This document shows positions 9,644-19,456 of a DNA stretch of 64,000 bases, piece after piece. The DNA lies in assembly GCA_963674705.1 (NCBI GenBank), contig OY771506.1:1312001-1376000 (forward strand). Direction: 5' to 3'. The stretch comes from Phycisphaeraceae bacterium (GTDB lineage Bacteria; Planctomycetota; Phycisphaerae; Phycisphaerales; Phycisphaeraceae). A program made the position numbers and the translations under genes. The notes under the pieces were generated by a model. It saw only the letters and a list, made by a program, of their open reading frames with translations, searched no databases and had not been told where the DNA came from. Each line of letters opens with the position of its first letter. Positions within the stretch are counted from its first letter, which is position 1.

Positions 9644-9800
9644 CGCAGGAAACGGAGGGGACAAGAGGAGAGGAGAAAGACGAACTACCGTCCCTACGGT
9701 AGTGCGGAGACCGGAGCGAAAAGCCCGGACTTTTGCCTCAATCCGTTAACTGTAAGACCGCCGCCTGGAGGGGAGAGCTCAAGGGCGGCGGTATTTTTTT
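9644..9800 (+). ncRNA. Candidate structured, GGA-rich small RNA
   Basis: TTGCGT/TAAATT promoter-like hexamers at 9608-9637, 8-bp hairpin at 9684-9703, long-range closing stem, 10 GGA trinucleotides, terminator with T7. Confidence 0.5.
9757..9800 (+). terminator. Rho-independent terminator
   Basis: ACCGCCGCC/GGCGGCGGT stem followed by ATTTTTTT. Confidence 0.8.
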
Positions 9801-9893
9801 GCGCGCATCGCATGGGGGTTTGGGTAATTTGACCGGCCGCTGAAGTGGCCTCGCCAAGGGCGTGGCACTTACAGCATGCTCGGATCGGCGCAT

Positions 9894-10049
9894 AAAAAAG
9901 CTCCGACCGTGATCATCCTGCAGTACCAGAACAGCCTTACAGGGCATAACGGTCGGAGCCTGTCAGAAGCCGGCACAGGTCCCCGAATCCGGAGGGCGGG
10001 TTCCGGATTGGGGCTCCGAGTAGTGCACTCGGCAGCCAGCCCCTCATTC
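9894..10049 (-). ncRNA. Candidate structured small RNA, convergent with 9644-9800
   Basis: TTGTCT-17-TATCTT promoter (10084-10056), three hairpins, 11-bp terminator stem 9900-9910/9949-9959 plus T6. Confidence 0.5.
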
Positions 10050-10306
10050 AGAGGTAAGATAACGACCAGATCGTCATAAGACAAGGCGATCTTTTCAAAT
10101 TTGTGCATTTTTTTCGTACTTAAATACTGCGAAATATCCGCGAATCCGGGTTTATCCGGGCTTGGTATCTGATCTTTTCGTGCTATTATTATGTAATAGA
10201 CCTGCCTTTGCGCGCCATTACCCCCCGAGTGGAGAGCTTCGGCGGCGCGCGGCCTGAAAAGACTAACTTATAACGAACCTAATCTTATTAGGAGGACGGG
10301 GAAAAC

Positions 10307-13300
10307 ATGCCTATCGACGCATCCAACGACCACTCTGCTGACCACCGCAAAACCGATCACGAGCCTGCAAGAATCGAGCCGCTTGAGCCGCGCCTGCTGT
10401 TGTCCGCCAGCACGCTTGATTCGATCCAGAATCAACAGGACTTTGCTGAGTATCTCGATAGCGTCGGGCTTGGGAACCTCGATCAGTACGATGTCAGCAT
10501 CACGATCGATATACCGGACGGCTACATTGCCGCGTCCGCTGCCGCTTCCGAACAACTGGCGTCGATGGCCGCAGCGGGCCTGAACGCAATAGGATCGCAA
10601 CCCGTCGGCGCGCTGACCGGCAAGATCGTCTACCTGCACGGCGGGCACGGCTTAACCGCCAACGAAAACGGTAGCTGGGGTTTCCAACGCCCCGAGATAG
10701 AGGAAATCGTCGAAGACCTGAGCAACCAGGACATGATGACGTTCCTGGCCGACTTCCTCTGGCGCGCCGGTGCGACCATCGTTCCGCTAAGGCCAATCGG
10801 GCATCAGACCAACGAAGTGATCATCGATAACGATGATGCCGAAGTCACCTATGTTGGGTCATGGGGCAACAGCACGCAATCTGTGTTTTATGGCAGCCCG
10901 GGTGACACTCCCTATCGTTACGCATCAACTTCGGCTACCGAAACCGCCTACGCTCGTTACCGCCCCGATATCCCTGAGGCCGGGTACTACCCCGTCTACA
11001 CATGGGTGCATGACGGGTCGGACCGGGTCAACCAACTCTATAAAGTAACCCACTCCGGTGGGACAACCGAAGTACGCGTCGATCACCGGATGGTCGGTGA
11101 CGGCCTGGTCTACCTCGGCACTTACTACTTCGAGCAGGGGACCGACGGCTATGTCGATATCAGCAACGAAAACAGTGAGTCGGGCAACGTCATCGCCGAC
11201 ATGATCCGCTTCGGTAACGGCATGGGCGACATCGCGCCTTACGGCACGATCTCCGGTACGTCACGCGAGAACGAACCCGGTGTCTATTGGATCGCTCAAA
11301 ACTTGGGTCAGGGCATCTCCGCCAGCACCGCCTACGGCAGCCTGAGCTCCACCGTCAGCGCCCCGCCGCGCTTCGCGGCCTTCATGAACAACTCTGCGGC
11401 AGGTTCGCTCAGCGATCGCGTCTTCATCAGCTACCACTCTAACGCGGGCGGCGGCCGTGGCGCGGTAGGGTTGCACAACACCAATAGCGGTGGTGCGACA
11501 CCCAACCAGTTCCTCTTGGCGGACATCCTCGGCGGTAAGGTCAACGATGACATGTCCGCGCTCAACGGCACGTTCGAGCACGACTGGTCTACCCGCACTT
11601 CCGACACGTACCAAGCGGACTTCAATTACGGCGAGATCAACAATTCTTACATCAACGACGAGTTCGACGCGACCATCCTCGAGTGGGCATTCCACGACAG
11701 TTCGTTGGACCTGGACCTGATGCGTGACGCGGACGTCCGTATCGCCGTGGCCCGCGCGACCTATCAGGGCCTGCAGCAGTACTTCAATACGGTCGATGGC
11801 GGGGCCACCGGCTTGACCTTCCTGCCCGATCCCGTGACGGACGTGATGACCGAGACCAACGGCGATGGGACCGTGACAGTCAGTTGGACTCCGCCGGCAT
11901 ATCTGGCGGTCGGCGGCGACACACCGACAGGCTACATGATCTACACCTCACTCAACGGCTACGGCTTCGACGGCGGGACGTATGTCGCCGGCGGTTCGAC
12001 CACCAGCTTCACCATGACCGGTTTGGATTACAACAACGGCACGCACTACTTCAAGGTTGTCGCCGTGAACGCCGGTGGTGAATCACTCGGCTCCAGTGTT
12101 GTCGCCGCGACACCGCTGCCCGCCGCGGCCCCGTCCAAGGTCCTGATCGTCAACGGCTTCGACCGCGTCGACCGCACCGGCAACGACCGCGAAGCGCAGC
12201 CCAACGGTTACGTCGTCGACCGTATACGCCTGCAATATCAGAACTCCGGCGATTATGCCGTGCAGATCGGTGAAGCGCTTGAAGCGTTCAACCCCGCCAT
12301 CGCGATCGACACCGTTCAAAACGAAAACGTCACAAGCCTTGACATCGATCTGACCGACTACGACACGGTCATCTGGATCCTCGGCGAAGAGTCCACCGCC
12401 GACCAGACCTTCAGCACCGCCGAGCAGTTCCTGGTGGATAACTTCGTGTCTAACGGCGGCGACCTGCTCGTTTCCGGATCGGAAATCGGCTGGGACCTTG
12501 ATGCCAGCGGTAACGGCGCATCCTTCTACAACAACACGCTTGGCGGCGACTACGTATCCGATGACGCAGGCTCTTACAGCGTCAACGGTGTCGCCGGCTC
12601 CATCTTTGAAGGGCTCAGCTTCAGCTTCGATAACGGCACGTTGTTCTACAACGTCGACTATCCCGATGTGATCAACCCCTCAGGCGGTTCGCAGCTCGCG
12701 CTGACATACTCCACCGGTGGCGGCGCAGCCGTGCAGAAGAAGGGCTCGACCGCCGGCGACGTCGTCATGCTCGCCTTCCCGTTTGAGACGATCACCACCG
12801 CTTCGGATCGTGCCGATGTCATGGCGGCCATCATGGACTTCTTCGGCGCGCCGCCCAGCGAGATCCCCGGCCCGCCCAGCGGCATCGTCGCCACGCCGGG
12901 TGATAACAGCATCGGCCTCGACTGGTCGGATAATACTGAAGAAGACATCCTCGGCTACAACGTCCTGCGATCCCTCAGTGAAGGTGGCACTTACACCCAG
13001 ATCAATATCTCGACCGTTCTCGTCAGTGAGTTCGTCGATAACGATGTTTTCAACGGCGTTACCTACTACTACAAGCTCGAAGCCATTGATAACGACCTGA
13101 ACGTCAGCGAGCCAAGTATTGCGATTGATGCTACGCCTGACGATTACGCAAGTGATAAGAACGGTGCGATTACGATCGCGATCCCGTCGACAACCGACGG
13201 CAACATGGGGTCGGCGGACAGCGACTGGTTCGGTTTGAGCCTGACTGCCGGTACGGAATATATCTTCACGTTAACGAACGATGGTCTATCCAGCGGTGGC

Positions 13301-14257
13301 TTACGGTTGTACACCGCAAGCGGTTCCACCATCCTCGCCACGAATGATGGTCCGGCCAGTGGTTCCACGCTTGCACAGATCGTGTATACCCCGACCTTTA
13401 GCACCACGTATTACATTGTGGCGGTTGGTAACGGTGGTGCGAGCGGCGATTATCAACTTACCGTGCAGGAAGCCGACGACCATGGTAACTCGATTGCCGA
13501 AGCGACCGAATTGCCGGGCGCGTTTGGTTTAGGCAAGGTCGAAGTCAGTGGTGATGTTGATTACTTCCACGTGCCGGTTGTCGAGGGCATGACCTACACC
13601 TTCGGTGTTCTTGACCTGGGTCTGCCCGACGCGATCCTCAATCTCTACAACAATGGCGGCGCGATCATCTCGCAGAATATCGGCTCCAACCCGGGTTCAA
13701 CGCACGCCCAAATCAACTGGCTCGCTTCGGCTGACGGCTACGTTTATCTCAGCGTTGCCGCACAAGCCGGTTCGCTCGGTCAATACGCCGTCACCATCAG
13801 CGCCACCGACCAACTTGATGGCGATCTGAATAGCGACGGTTTCGTCGGTCTGGATGACCTGGATATTGTCTTGAACAACTGGAACCAGAACGTGACCGCC
13901 GGCGAATGGTCGCAAGGCGATCCTTCCGGCGACGGTTTTGTCGGCCTGGATGATCTGGATATCGTTCTGAACAACTGGAACAACGGCACGCCTGCCGCCG
14001 CCACCGCCAGTGCAACCGAGACGCTCGCCGCATCAACCAGCGAATCAACGCAACCTGTTCAGACGCAGCAGCAACGTCAGACCCAACAGCAGCAGACGCA
14101 ACGCCAGACTCGACAACAACAGCAGGTGCAGACACAACCGGTCAACACCCCGCTGCTCGGAAACTGGCAACAGACCCAGTCACGTTCGGCTTTCGCTTCA
14201 CAAGATGACGACAGCCTCGCGCCGACGCTTGGCCTTTGGGAAGCCGACAAACTCTGA
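10307..14257 (+). CDS. Large extracellular N-acetylmuramoyl-L-alanine amidase (Amidase_3) with golvesin-like, FN3, PPC-like and dockerin-like domains
   Basis: LEPRLLLS motif; HGGHG, ED, YHSNA and LEWAFHD Zn-amidase motifs; IIDNDD...VIADMIRF module; two FN3 units; duplicated DGFVGLDDLDIVLNNWN; AGGAGG RBS. Confidence 0.85.
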   Translation: MPIDASNDHSADHRKTDHEPARIEPLEPRLLLSASTLDSIQNQQDFAEYLDSVGLGNLDQYDVSITIDIPDGYIAASAAASEQLASMAAAGLNAIGSQPVGALTGKIVYLHGGHGLTANENGSWGFQRPEIEEIVEDLSNQDMMTFLADFLWRAGATIVPLRPIGHQTNEVIIDNDDAEVTYVGSWGNSTQSVFYGSPGDTPYRYASTSATETAYARYRPDIPEAGYYPVYTWVHDGSDRVNQLYKVTHSGGTTEVRVDHRMVGDGLVYLGTYYFEQGTDGYVDISNENSESGNVIADMIRFGNGMGDIAPYGTISGTSRENEPGVYWIAQNLGQGISASTAYGSLSSTVSAPPRFAAFMNNSAAGSLSDRVFISYHSNAGGGRGAVGLHNTNSGGATPNQFLLADILGGKVNDDMSALNGTFEHDWSTRTSDTYQADFNYGEINNSYINDEFDATILEWAFHDSSLDLDLMRDADVRIAVARATYQGLQQYFNTVDGGATGLTFLPDPVTDVMTETNGDGTVTVSWTPPAYLAVGGDTPTGYMIYTSLNGYGFDGGTYVAGGSTTSFTMTGLDYNNGTHYFKVVAVNAGGESLGSSVVAATPLPAAAPSKVLIVNGFDRVDRTGNDREAQPNGYVVDRIRLQYQNSGDYAVQIGEALEAFNPAIAIDTVQNENVTSLDIDLTDYDTVIWILGEESTADQTFSTAEQFLVDNFVSNGGDLLVSGSEIGWDLDASGNGASFYNNTLGGDYVSDDAGSYSVNGVAGSIFEGLSFSFDNGTLFYNVDYPDVINPSGGSQLALTYSTGGGAAVQKKGSTAGDVVMLAFPFETITTASDRADVMAAIMDFFGAPPSEIPGPPSGIVATPGDNSIGLDWSDNTEEDILGYNVLRSLSEGGTYTQINISTVLVSEFVDNDVFNGVTYYYKLEAIDNDLNVSEPSIAIDATPDDYASDKNGAITIAIPSTTDGNMGSADSDWFGLSLTAGTEYIFTLTNDGLSSGGLRLYTASGSTILATNDGPASGSTLAQIVYTPTFSTTYYIVAVGNGGASGDYQLTVQEADDHGNSIAEATELPGAFGLGKVEVSGDVDYFHVPVVEGMTYTFGVLDLGLPDAILNLYNNGGAIISQNIGSNPGSTHAQINWLASADGYVYLSVAAQAGSLGQYAVTISATDQLDGDLNSDGFVGLDDLDIVLNNWNQNVTAGEWSQGDPSGDGFVGLDDLDIVLNNWNNGTPAAATASATETLAASTSESTQPVQTQQQRQTQQQQTQRQTRQQQQVQTQPVNTPLLGNWQQTQSRSAFASQDDDSLAPTLGLWEADKL

Positions 14258-14283
14258 TCGGCATTTTAAAACTTACTCACCCC

Positions 14284-14318
14284 AACGAACGCGCTCCGCA
14301 GCGCGTTCGTTTTTATTT
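14284..14318 (+). terminator. Rho-independent terminator
   Basis: AACGAACGCGCT-CCGC-AGCGCGTTCGTT plus T run. Confidence 0.85.
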
Positions 14319-14450
14319 AACAAGACTCAGCCGGGATGAACGGCTGATGCGCTTAAGTCGTTACGCCGCCCTTTTTGCGTCTTTTTGTACATTTTCGTGG
14401 CTATCCAAAATGTCGAAGTGAGTTTTCCCGTGCTACTTTGTGCCGGGTGT

Positions 14451-14861
14451 TTATTCTGTTGACTTCTGTCCCGGCGCCAATACCGCCAAACCCAGCAGCA
14501 GCCAGCCCACGATAAACGATGTGCCGCCGAGCGGCGCGATCATTCCGAACCACTTCGCGCCCGTGCCGACCAGCAGGTACAAGCTGCCGCTGAAAAGCAC
14601 GACGCCCAGGACAAACATCCACCCCGCGGCGATCGGCAATCGGCCGGGCCAACGCATGCACACAAACGCCGCCGCCAACGCCGCCAGTGCATGGTACATG
14701 TGATAGCGCACCCCAACCTCGAACGTGTGCATCGCATGCTCATCCAGGTACTTCGGCAACACGTGCGCCGCGAACGTCCCGCCCACCACCGCCAGCATGC
14801 CCAGCAGTGCCGCCGCCGCAATCAACACCCGGCTCGCCAGTAAAGTTTCCGCCTTTTCCAT
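14451..14861 (-). CDS. DUF423 family membrane protein
   Basis: GTFAAH, VRYHMYHAL, LFSGSLY and APLGG...GW motifs. Confidence 0.9.
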   Translation of the reverse strand: MEKAETLLASRVLIAAAALLGMLAVVGGTFAAHVLPKYLDEHAMHTFEVGVRYHMYHALAALAAAFVCMRWPGRLPIAAGWMFVLGVVLFSGSLYLLVGTGAKWFGMIAPLGGTSFIVGWLLLGLAVLAPGQKSTE

Positions 14862-14931
14862 GTTCGCCTCAACAATAAGCCCGGGAGTCGTTCTCAACAC
14901 CCAGCCATTTATTTGCATCAGTTCGATCCGC

Positions 14932-15624
14932 TTAATCCAACTTCTTTGGCCGCCCGATTGGCCTAAGACTCGAAGCGATACCCAGGCGATCGGCGATGCG
15001 CGTGGCCCACCGATCTTCTCCATACGGAGCACTGCGCTTGATGCATCGGCTCAAGGCCTCGGCCTCTTTATCGCTCAGCGCCGTGTTCACGATCTGCTTC
15101 CATTGCCTCGGCCGATCGATCGGCCAATCACTTAGCACCGGCAATGCCGGGTCGCGCCCTTCGCTGCTTCGCCGATTCTCCCAACGCCACAATGACCCCC
15201 AGCGCCAACGCTCGGCTCGCTTGACAAGTCTCGCACGCATCGCGTTACGCTCCACGTATCGCAACACCGACAGCAGGTGTTCATCTTGTTGGATCGGGAA
15301 TGACTTGAACCGCCCCTGATACACCGGCCCCGTCCCCGCCGATTCAAAGTGTACGTGCCAACGCAGCGTGTGCGTCACCGTTAACCAGCGCATGAACTCG
15401 CTCAACTCCCCGTCACGCCGCGGCCGGAGCACCAGGTGCCAGTGGTCGGGCATCAGGCAGTAACCGAGCAGCCGTACGCCCGGCTCACGCTCCAGCGCCT
15501 CCGCCAGCACGCGCTCAAACACCGCGTAATCCTCGTCATCATCAAATATCTGCATCTGCTCCATGCCACGGTTTAAAACGTGGTAAACAAGTCCCCCCGC
15601 CGATGCTCGTGGTGGTCTGGGCAT
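14932..15624 (-). mobile_element. REP-associated tyrosine transposase (RAYT, IS200/Y1 HUH family)
   Basis: YHVLNRG, MPDHWH (HUH), YQGRFKS, RYVERN (catalytic Tyr) and WRWGS. Flanked by a 10-bp inverted repeat at 14881-14890/15662-15671. Confidence 0.9.
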
Positions 15625-15866
15625 GGTGAAAGGTTAGAACCTGTCAATGAACCGGTCAAATCGACTCCCGGCCCCTTTTCCTTAAGCACAATAAAAGCCA
15701 AAAATGTCTTGTATATCGCGCGGCCTCCGATTACTATGAACCTTTGCTGGTTCGGTTCTCGACGGTGCGGTCTCTCGGCAGCAATCGCTTTTTTTGCCTG
15801 TCACGCATCATCAAGCATCGCCTTGGTCGGCAACACCAATGCGACACAATTCACGAGGAGGGCATC

Positions 15867-16739
15867 ATGAAGACTTCCGTCTGGATCAAATGCGTTTTCG
15901 CGCTAGGCTTGTCCGTCGTACTACAAGTGCCGGCATCCGCTTATTTGTCCGGCACATGGAGTACGCGACAGGCGGGACATCTCAAGATGTGGTGGACAAC
16001 CAACGGTATCCGCGATCCTTACCCGTTCATCGATAGTGATATCGCCCCTCCGTCTAATAGCACTTACGAGTACCACTTCGTCGCACCACGCGAAAACATC
16101 AACGACATGCACGAGCAGTGGATACTCGATAAGAACAACAAGAAAACGTGCACCAACGCCTACACCGACGCCACCTATGCTCATGCATCTTTCGAAGACT
16201 TTTTCCTCGCACACCCATTCGATGAGGTGACCTACTTCGGTGTGGCGGATGAACTGGAGTTGAGCGATGTCGAGGTCTTCATCGACCTGACGATCTGGGG
16301 CGACCACGTATTCATGAACCCGCTGCCGGACCCCGAACTCGTTTATCAATTCAACATGGGCTTCTGCCCCGAGTTACCCGGCTATGAAGTACACAATGAT
16401 TCGCTCGGCGGCTTGTTCACCGGCCCGATGGTTGTTGTCAGCCAGACCCTGATCCGAGCCTTCGAGTCTATCCCGGGCGATGTCAATGGTGACGGCTTCG
16501 TCGGCCTCGATGATCTGGATATTATCCTTACCAACTGGAACCAGCCCGTGCCCCCGGCTGATGAACTAGCCGACCTTAACGGCGACCTCTACATCGGGCT
16601 CGATGATCTGGATGTCGTACTCACCCACTGGAACTTCGGCACCCCGCCCGTGAGTGATGTTGCCGTTCCCGAACCGGCGGCCGTGCTATGGTTGGGCTGT
16701 CTGCTTGGAATGCGATGTGTTCACCGGCGCCGCGTATGA
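15867..16739 (+). CDS. PEP-CTERM surface protein with dockerin-like repeat
   Basis: Signal peptide; GDVNGDGFVGLDDLD repeat present twice; VPEP + hydrophobic + RRR tail; GAGGAGG RBS. Confidence 0.85.
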   Translation: MKTSVWIKCVFALGLSVVLQVPASAYLSGTWSTRQAGHLKMWWTTNGIRDPYPFIDSDIAPPSNSTYEYHFVAPRENINDMHEQWILDKNNKKTCTNAYTDATYAHASFEDFFLAHPFDEVTYFGVADELELSDVEVFIDLTIWGDHVFMNPLPDPELVYQFNMGFCPELPGYEVHNDSLGGLFTGPMVVVSQTLIRAFESIPGDVNGDGFVGLDDLDIILTNWNQPVPPADELADLNGDLYIGLDDLDVVLTHWNFGTPPVSDVAVPEPAAVLWLGCLLGMRCVHRRRV

Positions 16740-16809
16740 TCCATTTTCTTCTCTGGGTGACACCCATTTTGAGCTATAGGTAATGCCGTTGCGCATACTC
16801 TGCGCACTT

Positions 16810-17640
16810 TCAATCTGTCTTATAGATACGTTTGCCGCGTAAACCCTGGATGATAAACACCAGCGTGAACACAGCCGTGCACGTCAGCACGATGGCTCCC
16901 CCGCTGGAGATCGACAGGTAAAACGACAGGTACAGCCCCGTTGCCGTGCTCGCGCATGCCATGATGGATGCGACGATCATCATGTTGCGTAAACGTTTTG
17001 TCAGTAGCGCCGCCGTTGCCGCGGGCGTGATCAACATAGCGCTGGTCAGAACCACCCCCACCGCCTGGATGCCGGTTACCACCGCGAGCGCCAATAGAAT
17101 AAGCAGCACGTAACGCAAACGCCCCGCCGACAGGCCGATCACCTGTGCATGCGTCGGATCAACGCTGGTCAGCACCATCTCTTTGTGCAGCAGCACCAGC
17201 ACGCCGATGACAATCACTGCGACCACTGCTATCGCGATGAGGTCGGCGTTGGTGACGCCGAGGATGTTGCCGAAGAGCATGTGCGAGAAGTCTCGATAGC
17301 TCTGCGACCGGCTCATGATGACGATGCCTAATGCAAACATCCCCGTAAACATGATCCCGATCGCGGTGTCTTCGCGCAGTTGCCTGCGTCGGCTGAGCCA
17401 GCCGATGCCTATCGCCGTCGTGACCGCTGCAAGCACGGCGCCGAACAGCAGGTTCCAGCGGTTCAAATACGCAATCACCAGCCCGGGCAGCGTCGTGTGC
17501 GCCACCGCGTCGCCGATGAACGCCATGCGGCGAAGCACGACGTACACACCCAGCACTGCGCATGTCACGCTGATCAACATCCCCGACAGCAACGCCTGCT
17601 GCATGAACGGATACGTTAATGGTTGTACAAGCCAGTTCAC
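16810..17640 (-). CDS. Zn/Mn ABC transporter permease (ZnuB/MntB family)
   Basis: RRMAFIGDAVAH, EDTAIG, LFGNILGV; multiple TM segments. Confidence 0.93.
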   Translation of the reverse strand: MNWLVQPLTYPFMQQALLSGMLISVTCAVLGVYVVLRRMAFIGDAVAHTTLPGLVIAYLNRWNLLFGAVLAAVTTAIGIGWLSRRRQLREDTAIGIMFTGMFALGIVIMSRSQSYRDFSHMLFGNILGVTNADLIAIAVVAVIVIGVLVLLHKEMVLTSVDPTHAQVIGLSAGRLRYVLLILLALAVVTGIQAVGVVLTSAMLITPAATAALLTKRLRNMMIVASIMACASTATGLYLSFYLSISSGGAIVLTCTAVFTLVFIIQGLRGKRIYKTD

Positions 17641-18413
17641 CCGACCATCTCCATCACATCATGCAACGATTCGGCCGCTGGTTGTACGCGCAGCACCCGG
17701 CCGCGCGACAGGTAAGCAACGGTGTCGAAACTCTGTTCCAGCCGTTCAATATGATGCGTGGCGACGACGACACTCCGCCCTTCTTCCGCGAGCTCGCAGA
17801 TCACCTGCTCGGTCATGATGCGCGTCTCGTTATCCACCGCGTTCCAGGGTTCATCCAGCAGGATCAGGTCCGCGTTCTGCGCCAGCGTTCGTGCCAGCAG
17901 TGTCCGTTGCTGTTGGCCGCCGGATAACTCACCGATCTGTCGGTCGGCCAGGTCGCCGACACCCAGGTGCCCCATTGTTTCCAACACGATCTTCTTATCT
18001 TTCCGGGATGGTCGGCGAAGCCAGCCCATGTACATGTACCGCCCGGTCATGACCAGTTGCTTTACGCTCATGGGAAACGACCAGTCCAGGTCACTGCGTT
18101 GCGGCAGATACGCCAGGCGGTGATGACATACGCCCACAGGCTGACCGAAGATGCGGATCTTGCCGCGCACCGGCTTGAGCAATCCCGCGACCGACTTGAG
18201 CACGGTGCTTTTGCCCGCCCCGTTGTGGCCGATCATCGCGACGCGCTCGCCGGGATGCACCGCCAGGTCCGCATCCGTCAACGCAAGCTCTTCACCGTTG
18301 TCATAACCAACGCACAACCCTTCAACGCGCAGCGCCGGCTCGCCCTCGATCTTCGGGGAATGACGGCGCCCCCCGTAAGGCAAACGCGGATGCTCGAAAC
18401 GCTCTCTACTCAC
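17637..18413 (-). CDS. Zn/Mn ABC transporter ATPase
   Basis: GHNGAGKS, YLPQR, LSGGQQQR, LLDEP. Confidence 0.93.
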   Translation of the reverse strand: MSRERFEHPRLPYGGRRHSPKIEGEPALRVEGLCVGYDNGEELALTDADLAVHPGERVAMIGHNGAGKSTVLKSVAGLLKPVRGKIRIFGQPVGVCHHRLAYLPQRSDLDWSFPMSVKQLVMTGRYMYMGWLRRPSRKDKKIVLETMGHLGVGDLADRQIGELSGGQQQRTLLARTLAQNADLILLDEPWNAVDNETRIMTEQVICELAEEGRSVVVATHHIERLEQSFDTVAYLSRGRVLRVQPAAESLHDVMEMVG

Positions 18414-19423
18414 CGCAGCGCCCCGACGATTGTCTGCACGTTCTGTCGCATCATCTTTTCATAGCTGTCGCCGTCCGATCCTTCGGGCCCGAGCGCGTCG
18501 CTGTAGAGCGAGCCGATCACCGTCACGCCCGCATCTTCAGCGATCCGGCGCGTCAGGTCGGGGCTGAGCATGTTCTCGACAAACACCGCACGCACGTCGG
18601 CGTCTTTGATCTGATCGATCACCTTCGCCATGTCCGCCGCAGACGGGTCCGAGCCCTCGCTCGATACCGAGCCCATCACGGTGATCACTTCAAAGCCGTA
18701 CCGATCCGCGAAGTAGCCCATCGCGTTGTGCGTCATCACCAGCTTGCGGTTCGCCTGCGGGATCGTTGCGACTTGTTCAGCGATCCATGTGTCCAGCTCA
18801 TTCAGGCGGGCAACATAGGCATCGCAATTAGCGCGGTAGGCATCAGCATGCTCCGGGTCGGCCGCGATCAATTCCTCGGCGATCACTTTGGCCATGGACG
18901 CGACGTTGCGTACATCATGCCAGGCGTGCGGGTCGAAATCGCCGTGATGATGGTGCTGGTGTTCTTGGCTGTGTTCCGCGTGCTCTGCATGTTCGTGTTC
19001 GTTCTCGGGCTCGTGGCTGTCTTCATCCTCGTGCATAGCCTGACGCGGCTCGATATCGCGCGTAACCGCAACACGCTTGGCTTGTGTCTTGCTGCCTTGG
19101 TAGAAGTCATCAAACCAAATCTCAAAGGCAAGGCCGTTCTCAAACACCAATCGTGCATCAGTCAACGCGATGCTGTCGCGCGGCGTCGGCTCATATGTAT
19201 GTGCATCCCCATCCGAACCGACCAGCACCGCCAACTCGATGTGATCACCCCCGACCTGCCTGACCAGATCGCCCAGGATGCTGTAGGTCGCCACCACTTT
19301 CATCTTGCCTGCGACTGACGGATCAGCACCGTCCGCTTGCCCCGGCGAAGACCGATCGCAACCATACAACCCCGCCAGCCCAATGATGAGCAGTCCCAGC
19401 ACGACCCGCTTGAACTTCCACAT
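18410..19423 (-). CDS. Zn/Mn ABC transporter substrate-binding lipoprotein with His-rich loop (ZnuA-like)
   Basis: LYGC lipobox, DAHTYEP, His/Glu-rich loop, DPHAW. Confidence 0.93.
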   Translation of the reverse strand: MWKFKRVVLGLLIIGLAGLYGCDRSSPGQADGADPSVAGKMKVVATYSILGDLVRQVGGDHIELAVLVGSDGDAHTYEPTPRDSIALTDARLVFENGLAFEIWFDDFYQGSKTQAKRVAVTRDIEPRQAMHEDEDSHEPENEHEHAEHAEHSQEHQHHHHGDFDPHAWHDVRNVASMAKVIAEELIAADPEHADAYRANCDAYVARLNELDTWIAEQVATIPQANRKLVMTHNAMGYFADRYGFEVITVMGSVSSEGSDPSAADMAKVIDQIKDADVRAVFVENMLSPDLTRRIAEDAGVTVIGSLYSDALGPEGSDGDSYEKMMRQNVQTIVGALR

Positions 19424-19456
19424 AAACAGCCCTTCTTGAATTCCCGCACTACAACT

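Noticed and set aside
9644..10049. tmRNA, SRP RNA, RNase P RNA or a known riboswitch
   Set aside because: The hallmark sequences I know for these are absent; kept only as unnamed candidates pending an Rfam scan.
9738..10108. Short ORFs of 67-79 aa in the intergenic region
   Set aside because: No RBS or motifs, and they run through terminator hairpins.
14040..14140. Gln/Thr-rich repeat-like DNA
   Set aside because: Simply encodes the low-complexity tail of the amidase.
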